From: Catajapyx aquilonaris
Taxonomy: Eukaryota
Length of the DNA: 64,000 nucleotides
Reading direction: 5' to 3'
Assembly (NCBI GenBank): GCA_000934665.2
Contig: KZ538275.1
Span: 1-64,000, forward strand
A program made the translations under genes and the position numbers. The notes under the pieces were generated by a model, which saw nothing but the letters and a program-made list of their open reading frames with translations, was not told the DNA's origin and ran no database searches. This document shows, piece after piece, positions 38,778 through 51,325 of the stretch; the first letter of the stretch is position 1; every line of letters begins with the position of its first letter.

Positions 38778-39284
38778 CCAAAGTAACTCTTCTTACCCTC
38801 CTGAGTTTTCAAAATTTTTGGATTTTCTAATTCTGCTTGGCCTATAGTGTTGAGAAAACATCACTTCCGCTACTAATTTCCAGGGTGAAAATACAGCCAA
38901 AATGCAATGTTCAGAAGCCACAACACCTGCATCCGGTCGCGAGTCTCCAGTCCCGGCTTCCCGGTCATGGTCGCCTTGCACCGCGTCTGTAGCGCTCTCC
39001 GGTGCCGCGAAGGAGAAGTTAGGGTCATCTCGCACGCGTTGAAGTCGAAGGTGATTATAATAATGCAGAGCCAGGAAGGTTCTCCATTATTACAATCGCC
39101 TTCGACTTCAAAGCATGCGAGATGACCCTAACTTCTCCATTTTTGGCATTTTTTGGGCTGTATTTTCACCCTGCTAACGTGGAAATTAATAGCGGAGGTG
39201 ATGTTTTCTCAACACTATAGGCCAAGCAGAATTAGAAAATCCAAAAATGTTCAAAACTCAGGAGGGTAAGAAGAGTTAGTTTGG
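38778..39284. mobile_element. Fold-back element / MITE with nested inverted repeats
   Basis: Outer arms of about 125 bp (ccaaagtaactcttcttaccctcctgagtttt...gggtgaaaatacagcc versus ggctgtattttcaccc...aaaactcaggagggtaagaagagttagtttgg). Inner hairpin 39012-39138 has arms of about 50 bp. Confidence 0.85.
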
Positions 39285-40463
39285 TTGTGAAACTATGTTC
39301 TCACTGTAATAGAGCAGTCAGGTAAAGAGACTTTATAACTAATTATCTGCATTAACATGAGTTTCAGAAGTGACAACCACGAAATAGTTCCCAGCCTTCT
39401 CAGCATGCAATACGATCTCTTTTCAGGTAAAGTCAATTTTGGCAACTTTTCAAAAGGAAAGTGAAAAAAGGCCGTCTCTTGCACCTGTTCAATAATAATT
39501 CGGTGCAATTCTCATTTAGTTTTAAAATACTGTTAACATTAGTTACATGCACTATGAATCTAATTGTGGATTCCACATTTCTTGTAATACTCAAACATCC
39601 TCTGCAGTCTGCACCATCAATTTTTCGAATATCTTGAGTGATAAATAAACTGATTATGAGTGGCCAACCCTTCGGAAGGCATGTATTCCACATTTGCTCA
39701 CAAGTGTAATATTGACAGTACATTTCAGGTAACCATGGCCTACTGCTGTCAAAACGGTCCAAGTAATTTTTACCGATCCTTCTGCAACCTCTTTGTACAA
39801 ACATGTCCCTTGACCGAGCCATTACATTGCATCTGGACTACTAACTCATCCTTTCCAACAATTACACAAGCTTCCTCCACTCTAAAGCAGTCATAAGCTT
39901 GGATCAAACCAGCAAAGAATTTTATCAAATTTTCTGAAACAGAAGGGCTCTTGGCAATGTGGCCTAATCAAAGTAAAATCACCAATTCCAAGTACGTGGT
40001 CAGTTTCTTAATTCAAGCAGGTATAGCCATTGCTGCTGTTGCACCATTAAAAGCCCAATCAATCAATCAATCTTAATTTGACGACTTAACCGGGTATTTT
40101 CCCTTACGTTTGCTGCCAAAACTGTACTGTCGTAGTACTTGGAATCAGTGGTTTTTACCCCCCTGATTTTTGGAGCACACCTTGCTACTCGAAGTCAGAC
40201 TACAATCAATATCCCATCATGTCTAGTCCCTTGAACCAAGTCTTTGCTGCTTTGCTTCAACTATGACTGGAGTATACTGTAATCAGCATTAAATGCATAT
40301 GTTCATACTGAATACTTGGCCACTAGCATGCAATAATGCACACCCAATCCTTTGGAATGTCGACGTGGCCTGTTGTGTCAATAAGGCTGCCTACTAGATT
40401 TTCCAAGCAAGCCAGCCAATGCCTTGGAATGACTGGATTAGATTAATCTTGCATTGACGTGCT

Positions 40464-43400
40464 CTATCCCTGGGCACTTTCTTGCTTGTAGACGGCGTGA
40501 TAAGCATTGCGTATCAGGGCATACGGGAAGCACGACTCGAGCAGGTCCATCGTGAGGAATGGTGATTCTTGAACAATCTACCAATTCAAATGAGAACACA
40601 TGCAGTGAGAATACATCGACATCATGAATGAACTAAAACAAAGAAAGGCGAAGTTGTTTTTCAAGACAAAAATGAGCTGAGACTGCAGCAAAATGATGCG
40701 TAGCAGGAAAAAGACAGGGCTACAAACCTGATTAAGCAGAAGATAGACAGACTCCCTATGCTTCACCACCTCCTTATCTGCTTCCTGCCCAAGTCGCAGA
40801 AGACTAGACGATGCCAGCTGCAAACATTTAAAATAAACGTGAGGTTTCCAACTGGCTGCAAGAGTTCAACACGACTTACTGCTAGGAACTCCTTGAGCCT
40901 GTCCTCAATGTCTCCATGGCCACATATGGTGAACAAGGCCCCGAAAATGTCATTGACGGCTGCTGCCAAGCAGTGAATGTTGTTAGCATGCCCTTCCAGT
41001 GATGCCCTGTAAACTGATCCTTCCATCCTGGCCAGCTTCGGGATGGACACAGCGGCAAAGACCATCAAGAGGCAAGCTACCACATATTCGTCTTCAGTTG
41101 TCTCTGTGGAAAGGAGCAAACGTGTTAGTCGCTGCACAGCTTTAAAACACAACTGTCACGTACCGGTCTTCTGGTTGCGCAGTGCGGTCACCAATGTTGG
41201 GTCCACTTTACATGGCAGGCCTGCCGCTGAAGCCATTTCACTCACCACCTTTTGTGGGAGTCACAGCATGGATTAGTGTGAGGAAAATGTCAGCAAGCAC
41301 ATGCATGTGATCTTTCACACAAATTCCATTTTAAATGAAGCTTGACAAAAACTGCTGACAGTAAAAATAGCGTGTCAAACCACGTAAAGTTTTCATGACT
41401 GCAGTTGTTGCCATGCTGCCTTCATTACAAACAAAACATTACATTACATGCAAAAAATTATCATGCCATGCTCTCTGCAATACCATGAGTGCAACTTCAT
41501 TATTCGAAATGGTGGCTCTTACCAGATTACTGTGTTTCATCATTTAGTTTACATCTGTATTGGTTGAAATGTCAGACTCCTGAATCAAGTTCGCATTCCT
41601 GAGTGGGCCAATTTTTAGTTTTCAGAACTGAATGCTCACCTTTTTATGGGGCAGCACGATAGCACACATAGGACATAGCATACACAAAATTTCTACCAAT
41701 GATACAGATGTAAGCCAAATTATGAAACACATGCTAACCCGATTGGTTATCAAGAAGTAAAAGTACAAGGCTCCAATTCTTCTAACATCCACTCGGTCTC
41801 AACGTGAGTCACTAACCAGTTGAAATGAAACTAACCACATACGTATCAAAATAATACTACTACACTGACTCAAACCTACTGTAACTACACTTCTCTACTT
41901 GCACTATTCATGCATAAACACTCCAACCCAAAGTGTTGGCACAGCAGCCCACACGTTGCAAACGTATCTGAATAAATAAACGGCGCACTGCTAACCTGTT
42001 TCTTAATGTTCTCAATCTATGCACGGACAAGGCCAATAAAAAAAAAAAAGGAAAAGCAACAATTAATAAAGACATTCCCTAACAAAAATATGAACATCAA
42101 AAGCGTCTCTATATGATGTATGAATTGAACTCTGTTGGAATCGTTCTTACAACTTGCTGCGTGTGAATTTTAAATGTACTTTTACCATGGAATCGCCGTT
42201 GGGAACGTGGTGCCTGAAGTCTAGAATGGAGCTCAGCAGAAATGGGATCCTGTCCACCAAGACGTCATTCAGAGCTTCCTGGGCCAGCTGGCGAAAACGA
42301 AGGATCACGCCAATGATGGTCATCCTCTGGAGGACGCTGTCCACATCTGGGGGCAATCAAGGGATTCCAGTAACACTGTGCCATAATTTTAAACAGGGCG
42401 TACAGCATTCTCAGAGTGTGATATTACCATGTTCCTCTTGAATAAGCAAGGAAAAAAAAGTCAAACTAAATAAATCAAATGCCTCGTATTTTAAAAATTC
42501 TTGGCATGCATATCACAAGGCCACTATTGGCAGTTCCCAAAATTCTCAAAGTGATTTTTTTTCATTTTCAAAATAATATAAGCCGTGGCTGAGAAAAGTC
42601 TGAATTAAAATCAGACACTTCAATTATTGCTCAAGTGACATTTTAAAAATGACGCATTAACAACTGTAAGATGATCGCTATTCTGTACTTTTCATGCTCC
42701 CCAATCGTGCAAGGTTAAGTCAGAATTTCCACACATTTTCTTCCAAGCAAATCATGGCTAAAGCACAAGCTTTCCCATTTTCATATCCAAATTTTAAAAC
42801 TAATTATTGGCCCAAAGGCAAGGACATTCTGACCCGCGCCCTTCACATGCCTCCACCCATGCAGAAACATCAAAAAGACAACAACCCGTACGTTGCAGCC
42901 TCTTGAAGAGCTCCTTCATGTTCTCCGGTTTGTCAAAGTTGGTCCGCAGGGCCACAAGAATCTCCTTGTTGACTATTACCAGCTTCTTAAGCTCTTGCAC
43001 CTGACTGGTGATATGCCACATCAGGGTCTCATTCAAGAGCTTCATTCCATATGGTCCTATAAGCTCTGCTAGGGCACGCAGCTCGTTTATGTCAGAGAAC
43101 TCCTCCGCACTGAACGGGACTGAACCTTCCGCATTCAAGCTCACAAATGCACGCTGATTCATGGAAAATGTGATGTTTCCTGCACTCACCCGGCGCAGGA
43201 GAACTTCAGAGTACCTGAAGGTAAGAGTGGATTCATTAGAAATACATTCCGGCATCAACATGCTGCCAAAGTTATATCCTCACCACTGGGTGTAAAGTGC
43301 AGCAACCGTCTTCTCCCCGTGGCTATCCATCTGCTGGGTCTGTTGCAGAAGCACGTTGTTGAAGATTCTGGTGATGTCTAAATGCACTGAAAAACAGACC

Positions 43401-46400
43401 ATTACATCAGACTAACACATACATAGCCCCTTGCTCCCTTTGGACGACAGTGACTCACCGTAATCCTCAACAGTCTGCAGCACACTCATGTACGACTGCA
43501 CGCTGACCAGAAGCTCAGATGGCTTGGCAATCTCACTAGTGTCCGGGTTAAACATCACCATTCCAACCAGAGCACGGGCAAACCGGTTCTCCAAGTGCTG
43601 ATGCAGATACTCCCGTGGGGCGAATGTGTAGTCCCACACGGCTATGTTGGAGCAGAAGTTGATGGCGAAGCACAGCTCCGTGAGAGCCATGTGGAGCTTG
43701 TCCATGCTGCAAGCATAGCACAAATTGGTTTATCGCAAATCAAAATTAATATTAATTGCAACGTACGTTGTTAGTTCCTCCCTGGTCTTCCGGTAGCTCT
43801 CAGTTCCTGGCTTATTTATCTCAGCCAGGTTCTTCTTGTTCTTATCCTTCTTCTTGCGATTGGCAATTTGGGCTATTAGGATTGCGCAGTGCTTCGGCAG
43901 CATCTGTCAGATTCGGAAGACAATTAGTCGCCACCTCATTAGTCAGTACAAGCTCATACCTTGTCACTCATGGTGCATTGTTCCTCACAAATGGTAGTGA
44001 TGATGTTCTTGGCCTCCTTGGCCATCTCATCCAGGAACATGTTCACAACTGACAAACTTCGCTCACGAATGTGATGCCTCTGCAGAAACACAATGATCAT
44101 GTACTTCCAGATAACATTAGAATAGTAGAGCAAGCACTGACCTCTTCCGGACACAGCTCGTGGGTGCAGTTTTGGAAGTGCCCACAGATAAGAGGGAAGG
44201 CGATGATGTAACGGTTCTGGGCAGGAAATTCCAAGCACATGTGGAATTGGTCCTCATATATTTTGTTGTAAAAGCTGAGGAAAATTGAAATTACCGATTA
44301 GTTGTGCTACCAGTAATCCAACCTGTTACCTACTCACCAGAGGATCGATAGATCCGATGTTTCCACTAGCATCTCATCAAGAAAATCGACCATCTTTGTA
44401 TGAAAAACTATTGTGTTGAGAAGTGCAGCCAACTCTCGATATTCAGCCAACTGGAGTTGCGATTTTGACATAGATGTGTAGGCCTGAAGTCTAATCCAAT
44501 CCAGTCGGATGCCTCGAAAATCAAACAGGTCATTCTCTTCCACTGTAACAGTAACAAGTCAAAAATTACACCCTGAATGCCATAGAAAAAGTCACAATCA
44601 ACATTCACCAACCCTACTTAAAAACCCTTCTTTTGCACTGCAGGTGAAACACTGACCTTGTTTGACACTAAGGCTTGCTATGGTGTTGCAAATGGAAGAC
44701 AATATCAGACTTTCATCTTCAGGGCAAACTTGCAGAGTCTGGATGATGTGGTTGAGGGCAACGGCATCATACCCTGACAGGTACTGGACATAGTAGCGTT
44801 GCATCACTTGACTGTATTTCCTTACCAGCGCTGCAAGAAAAAGGTGTGTATTGGTACATCTTGACTGTCACGGAATCCTGGACTGTGTACCTCTGAGCTC
44901 TTCCATGTGAAAGAGAAGCTCTGGCAGCTGCCTGTCCACCAGATCCTCTGCATGCTTGCCCTTTCCTTTCTGGGGTGGAGGATTGTCATTGTGCCGCAGC
45001 AGCCATAAAACTTCATCACGGGCAAAGCACAGACCCATCAACACATATAACGCCTGCAAGAACCATCCATTATAGTTAATCAACCGAACTTTCAATTAGA
45101 CATGTTAATTTCAAAAGTACATGATGAAACCCACAGTACATTTGGTTACTCAGACCAAAAAACAAAAAACAATTCACCTTTGGACCCAACAACCCAGGTT
45201 GATCAGTCAAGAGAAGACCCAATTCCTTCAGGGAAGCACGAAGAAACTTCCTTCTCTCCCGATGTGTATGTGCCCTGCAAAGAAGTAGAAACTATAATTT
45301 CACATCTGGCGCTGTTACAAATACAGTTGAATATAATTCTAGCAGAACTGCTCTGCGCCACAAAAATTCGCTGATTTGAACAAGTTTCTGCGACACCAAC
45401 AAAATTATAAGATAATCCATCAAGGTTCGGAAACAGGCATGTTTCTGTTACATCCAGGGTCTGGTACCACCAGGTTACACTCTCATAGTCTAATAAGATT
45501 ACTTACGCAGACTGGATGGTGTGACTGTAGCAGTCCTTGACTTCAGAAATTCGCTTGTTGTACCCTTTAATACCATCAAAGAAAGCCTGCACGTAAGAGT
45601 GAATGAAGAGGACCTCATCTCTAAAGAGAGGAACAGCCCACAGGCCTTGCAGACTGTTGATCCACAAATCCATAATATGATTTTGCGAGATGTACTGGTG
45701 TGTGAGGAGACATCCAACTGGAAGACAAACTTGAAATGTAATTATAAGCCCGTTAACAGTCAATATATTTTAGCATACATATGATCCATCTCTCCATTGT
45801 TCCCAGTGAAAGGTATTCGCAAGGCATCATGTCAGTGTGTGCAGGATTCAGCATCTGTCCTGGGTTTGCAACCAAACTAAGCATTTGGGCGGATCTGAAA
45901 TTAGCAACAGTTTTCCACAATTTAATATCGGCTTGTGCTGATAAGACAATTGGATGTGAAATACGGATGTTACCTCCATTGCTCAGCAGTCAAGTTTCGC
46001 CGTGGGTATAAGTTCTTCAAGGAAATAAGTGCTGACAAGAGAAGCTTAGTGTGTGGCACAAACTCTTCTGATAGCTTCTTCAAGGGGACGTCATAATCGG
46101 TAATCATCTGACCCAAACGTGGGAAACTAGTGTCACTGAAACATCAAACATACTGGTCACTGGCCGCAACACTTGGACTGTATAACCTACCTTTGATTAT
46201 TGACCATTTCATAAGCAGCATTGAACAGACCAAGAACTGCTTTTCGGTCATCCACTCGGGACAGCAGGATCATCAGGCTCACATAGGTCACCACCAGATC
46301 CATGTACATTCGTGTCAGGTCAAAGTTCAGTGACTAAGAAGCAGATAATGCATGAAATTAATTCCACATATCTGCATCGACCTGCCTTCTGTCAACATAT

Positions 46401-47157
46401 TGTCGGCTATGTTGAGAAAAGGCGAATAGACCATTTTTCAGAAAATTGTGAAAATGCACATTTTAAGATGAAATGACCCACCGCAGGTTATGGTGAAAGA
46501 ACCAATGTGTACGTAGACCTGTGTTCATGTACAATAAAGTGGTCATACAGTGACACTGTGATTTGTGAGGGAATATTTTCGCCATATTTTCACATCTCAA
46601 AATTTCTAAAATGGTCGCCCTTTCTCCTTATTGCTGACGATATTATTGCAGTGATCCAAAATTTCTCCACGCTTACAATGTCAAGCTGAATCTGTAAAGC
46701 ATCCATGGTGGTCAGGAGCTCACACAGGTTGTCCTTGAAGTCCAGCAAGTCCACAAACGTGTAGTAGTAGAGGGAGAGGGACTTGATAATATCATTCCGG
46801 ATCGGAGTGATAGTTTGCAACTGAAAATGAGCAACGTCAGTACAACGATTCAGAGTGCGAGCAACCTTCCAACTCACCCCCTTGATGTCAATATTAGGAA
46901 AGCGCCTGACGATGTACTTTATGGACGACTCCAGCGTCTTGTCCGAGAGGAAAGCCGGCTTCGACTTGGCATCTCCACACGCCTGTAATATTGTTTGGGG
47001 CGTTCCATTAGTTTTTTTGGAATTCCCCAACTGTCATCCCACCCCATCTCACCTTCTTGATGTTGTAAATTCTAGTGAGCATTCCAACCCCCCTGTCGTT
47101 CAGGATGGTCAGCTTCTCCCCCATCTTGTACTGGCTGGGCATCAACGACCTGGCCAT
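40464..47157 (-). CDS. NCKAP1: Nck-associated protein 1 / membrane-associated protein Hem (WAVE regulatory complex subunit), about 1120 aa
   Basis: 22 exons (- strand): 47157-47053, 46982-46878, 46820-46677, 46333-46191, 46135-45974, 45894-45779, 45717-45507, 45274-45178, 45053-44891, 44830-44657, 44542-44338, 44274-44142, 44079-43960, 43903-43767, 43706-43459, 43386-43284, 43214-42892, 42346-42186, 41248-41164, 41103-40880, 40817-40728, 40577-40464; 3363 nt in one frame. Starts [44 protein letters not shown] and ends [32 protein letters not shown], both hallmark Nap1/Hem sequences. Confidence 0.97.
41532..41730. mobile_element. Degenerate MITE in Hem intron 18
   Basis: Inverted ends gtgtttcatcatttagtttacatctgtattggttgaaat versus atttctaccaatgatacagatgtaagccaaattatgaaacac. 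Confidence 0.6.
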
Positions 47158-47400
47158 CTTGCCTCCCTTTCAAGCTAGCTGGACCGGATAATCTCAATTA
47201 TTCTGAGGGAGGAAACCCCCCGCGAATCTACCCCAGGGCCGACACCCCATCCGCCATCTTGGAAATGATTAAAAAAAATTAGTCGGCTAACAGTGGTGCC
47301 AACAGAAACCGGCCAGCAGTGGTGCCAACAGAAATCGGCTCCACCGATCTGTATTGTGTAGAGTGGCAGCCATGATTATTCAACATGGCGACCGTTGCGC
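47158..47400. promoter_or_regulatory. Bidirectional promoter between NCKAP1/Hem (-) and SLC35C1 (+)
   Basis: The start codons are 466 bp apart and divergent. Oppositely oriented YY1-type motifs: CCGCCATCTT (47251-47260) and AACATGGCG (47382-47390). An 18-bp direct repeat CAGTGGTGCCAACAGAAA lies between them (47291-47308, 47317-47334). Confidence 0.7.
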
Positions 47401-47622
47401 CAGTCTATGGAACCCATATCGGATCAGTCTTGGAGGTGCATCCCACGCACGGTTGTTAGGTCTGATTGATGTAAATATATCAGCAGGTGCGTCAATTTGC
47501 GGTTTTGGTCTCGTTGCATCGGGCAGCCCGACACACTACCGCACAGGTTTGGATGTCGGAATGTCGCCGGATTTACAGGTGGACGCATGGTTAATCGGTT
47601 TAATTACAGTTGACAGGCTGGG

Positions 47623-49217
47623 ATGTCAGGTGGACTGTACAAGATGCAGAACGAGTCGCTGCTCAGGAAGTACCTGTACATCGCCACAGTGGTCGGGACT
47701 TACTGGTAATTGCTGGAGCTTGCAGATCGTACGTGGAATTAACCCCGCCGTTCCATTCCAGGGTGGTGTCCATCTCCCTAGTCTTCGTGAACAAGGCGCT
47801 CCTGAGTGGCAGTCTAGTGAGCTTGGATGCACCGCTTTTTGTCACGTGGTTCCAGTGCGTCGTCACCATCTTCCTGTGCATGGCGCTGAGCGTGCTGTCC
47901 CGTCCCTTCCCGCAGTTGGACTTCCCGCAGTTGGAGCTGAACCTGGAGGTGGTCAAGAAGGTGGTGCCCATGGCCTGCGTGTTTGTGGGCATGATTTCGT
48001 TCAACAACCTCTGCCTCAAGCATGTGGGGGTCGCCTTCTACTACATTGGGCGGTCACTCACAACTGTATTCAATGTCATCTTGACGTACTTTGCGTTAGG
48101 TAGTGTGTGCTTGATAATAAGATTTATTAGATTCTTAAAAAGCTTGATGGTGCAGTCCCAGTTTTTAATTGCTGAAACAATGAACGTAACAGGTTGAAAT
48201 ATTTGGACGCTAAGGTGCAATATGCACTCTGAAATTGTTATCTGCACTCCAAACAAAGCCTGGAAGTGCAAAGTTTGACCTCCAGTTGGTCCTGCTTTTT
48301 AACACGGCTAAACCCAGTTTCAATTAAAAATTAAGCACTCTTAGGTACCGTGTATTTGACAGCATATAAGACACACTTTTTTTCCCAAACAATGGCCCTG
48401 CATCTTACATGCAAAAATGCTTCAAGAGCTGTTTTTCATATGCTGAAATCGGGGTGGGTCTTATATGCCTTCAAATACGGTAAATGATCTGCACCAGGAC
48501 AAAAAAGTTAAGATTCGATCCCTGACGTAACAACTAACAACATGGGCTCACCTGAGTCTAAGGTCCTACATGAATAGTGCAAAGTTCTGACAGGGATACA
48601 AATACTGACAGTACTTTATTGCAGGCCAGAAAACATCCATGTCGGCCATTGGCTGCTGCGTGGTAATCATTGCTGGATTCTGGTTGGGAGTTGACCAAGA
48701 GGATGTTGCTGGGTCACTGTCAATCTCAGGAACCACTTATGGGGTGCTGGCCTCTCTTTTTGTGTCCCTCTACTCCATCTACACCAAGAAGGTGCTTCCA
48801 GTGGTGGATGGCAACATATTTCTGCTCACCTACTACAACAACCTATGTGCTGTTGTCCTCTTCCTTCCACTTATGTACCTGAACTCAGAGTTCAACATGG
48901 TGGCTACCTACGACAAGATAGAGAGTGTAACATTTTGGGTGTTGATGTCCGTAGGTGGCATCTTTGGATTTGCCATTGGGATTGTGACTGGTTGGCAGAT
49001 AAAAGCAACATCACCTCTCACCCACAATGTGTCAGGCACTGCCAAGGCATGTGCACAGACAGTGCTGGCCACTTACTGGTATGACGACTCGAAACCATGG
49101 CTGTGGTGGCTCTCCAACTGGGTGGTTCTCGGAGGCAGTGCTTCCTACGCACGGGTTAAGCAGCTTGAGATGGAAGCTGCTCATGTCACACCAAGTAAAG
49201 GAGTGCAGAGTGCTTGA
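47623..49217 (+). CDS. SLC35C1: Golgi GDP-fucose transporter (SLC35C1/Gfr), about 337 aa
   Basis: Exons 47623-47705, 47762-48099, 48625-49217, phases consistent. Motifs YWVVSISLVFVNK.LLS, DAPLFVTWFQC, MISFNNLCLKHVGVAFYYIGRSLTTVFNV, QIKATSPLTHNVSGTAKACAQT. The start ATG is inferred; a 5' exon near 47380-47435 probably splices to the acceptor at about 47616. Confidence 0.93.
48348..48480. mobile_element. Tc1/mariner-type MITE in SLC35C1 intron
   Basis: TA-ccgtgtatttgacagcatataagac ... gtcttatatgccttcaaatacgg-TA: TIRs with TA on both flanks. Confidence 0.75.
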
Positions 49218-49293
49218 GAGCTTCTGGAGGCAGGTTGCCATAATGAGTCGGACAGTGATATGTTGTAAGTTACCAGTGGTAATGTGTCGACAT

Positions 49294-49474
49294 GCTATGG
49301 GCACAGGGTTGGACATTAATCGCGCCATACTGCTAGTGACATTATCCGAAGCGGCAGAAGATCGAATCGAAGCAATGCATAGTGCAAGCCATGTGAGCAA
49401 GATTCGTTCTTCTGCTGCTTCGGAAAATGTCGCTAGCAGTATGACGCGATTAATGTCCAACACTGTACCATAGC
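49294..49474. mobile_element. Palindromic MITE (about 75-bp arms) just downstream of the SLC35C1 stop
   Basis: Arm 49294-49368 is the reverse complement of 49401-49474 with a few mismatches; core termini CAG(G/T)GTTGGACATTAATCGCG. Confidence 0.8.
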
Positions 49475-51049
49475 TGTACTTCCAGAAGTCCATATTCGTT
49501 TGTAGTGAGAGGTAAATCTGTGATTGTTAACTTTACTGGCTGAATTTCTTGATGGACTTGATGATTTATGTACTTGATCAGGAAAGTCGCAAAAATTTGT
49601 GTGAAAATCATATTCCATTGACTTTGCTGACTCGTTGAATGTGCTCAAAAGTATTGAAACAATACGTAAAATTAATCATGCTCCTCCTCACCACTGTGAC
49701 ATTTCCCTGTAGGGAGAAAGCAGCAGTCAAACGCACATTTCACAAAATATAGCCAGAGTGCATGCCACTCAAATAGAAGGAATTAATGCAACAGCAATGC
49801 AATAAAGTCAGCATCACCAATAGACTTCACCAAATAATAACTGTAATTTAAACGTAACACTAGCCTATCCCATTACATGAGGCAGGTTTATTAAATTTTG
49901 CTGGGCAAAGCATCACGCGAGTATGCCAATGACGCTGGGTCTTTAAAATATGAGCCACCCTGCTCTATGTACTGGATTGTGTAATTATTGGTGATGTATA
50001 ATATTAAAAGGCATTGTATTTTGATGGAGGGGATCTGTAAATAGATGACTACTTTTTTCCTGGATCACAGGATGTAAATGTGATGCTAAAATTTATTTAA
50101 AACTGTAAAGGCAATCAAAGTATGTTGAATTGTCCTGTAATGTAAGTGGTTTAAACTTGTGTAGTTTGCATTACACAATTGGTATTTTAATATCTCCTTC
50201 GTAAATTCACGCATGAAATTTAGGAGTGTCTTTAAACATGAATGGCTTCCCCGATCCCCAGCCTTTTCCATATTCTTATAGAAATGTGCTGCTTGAATCA
50301 GGAGTATTTTCCATTCAGAATGTATACATTGTACATGTGCCATGTAAATTCTGTCTGACGTACATCTGAAATATGTTTCCAATCCCCAAGAAACAAAGTG
50401 ATGTTTGATGCACAAGTAACTTATTAGCATTCGTACTTGTGGTGTGTCCTCCATGTGAATTGAGCTTATAAACATTCAAGTATTTGTAACATGCAATAAT
50501 GGTGACGACAAGCGTGTTGCATGGATAGTGTGTTCCAAATGAAACTTCCCAGTGATTCCTCGAGCCATGGATTTGCACATTACTGATTATTCCACTTGCC
50601 AAAAACACAATAAAATAAGACATACAGTACTGCTGTTAATAATTGTTGTAAAAATAAGTCACATGTGCAGAAATATTTCCAGAAGGTGTGAAAGTGGTGA
50701 AAGTTTACGGTACACTGACACACGTAATAACCTTCATTGTGCGACAACTCATACACATTTTTTGTTATTCCTGCCAATTCCCTCGTATTTTTATGGTATG
50801 CTTATACCCCCTCTCCATGTGAAAGTCCATCCCATTGTTACCTACTCACTACAACCACTCGTGGGAATGCGTTTTGGAGGGCTGGCTAATTGCTGGGTGT
50901 GAGGTTGTCATGAAGATGTAAACCATGCGGAGCAAAAAAAAAGTTGGCATTACGCATTCAACATCCGACTTCCGACTTGGTTCCGGTTCCTCTGGAAACA
51001 ATTAAATCTGGATTCATACCCAAATCCTCAATAAAAATTCATGTCAATT

Positions 51050-51325
51050 CTTGAATTATTCCTGAATCATCCGTAAGTCTGACTTGGATTTGTTCACAAT
51101 TCTCCCTGAATCATTCACAAGTTCATACAAATTCTCAAGAGGATTTATCAAGGGATTTGTATGGACTTGTGAATGATTTGTTAATGATTCAGGGAGAATT
51201 GTGAACAAATCATTCATAAGTCAGACTTATGGATGATTCAGGAGGATTCTCCAGAGGATTTGTGTGGACTTATGGATGATTCAGAAGAATTCTCAAGAGG
51301 ATTTGTGTGGACTTATGGGTGATTT
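51050..51325. repeat. Fold-back with internal tandem subrepeats
   Basis: gaatcatccgtaagtctgactt/gatttgttcacaattctccctgaatcatt is mirrored by aatgattcagggagaattgtgaacaaatc/aagtcagacttatggatgattc, followed by tandem gaggatttgtgtggacttatgg units. Confidence 0.7.

Noticed and set aside
47354..48103. 249-aa ORF overlapping SLC35C1
   Set aside because: Alternative-frame read-through of GC-rich exons and introns; the spliced frame explains the conserved motifs.
49027..49493. Mirror-image ORFs on both strands past the SLC35C1 stop, suggesting readthrough
   Set aside because: Produced by the palindromic MITE; they are not in the SLC35C1 frame and the stop context (TGA G) is not a leaky one.
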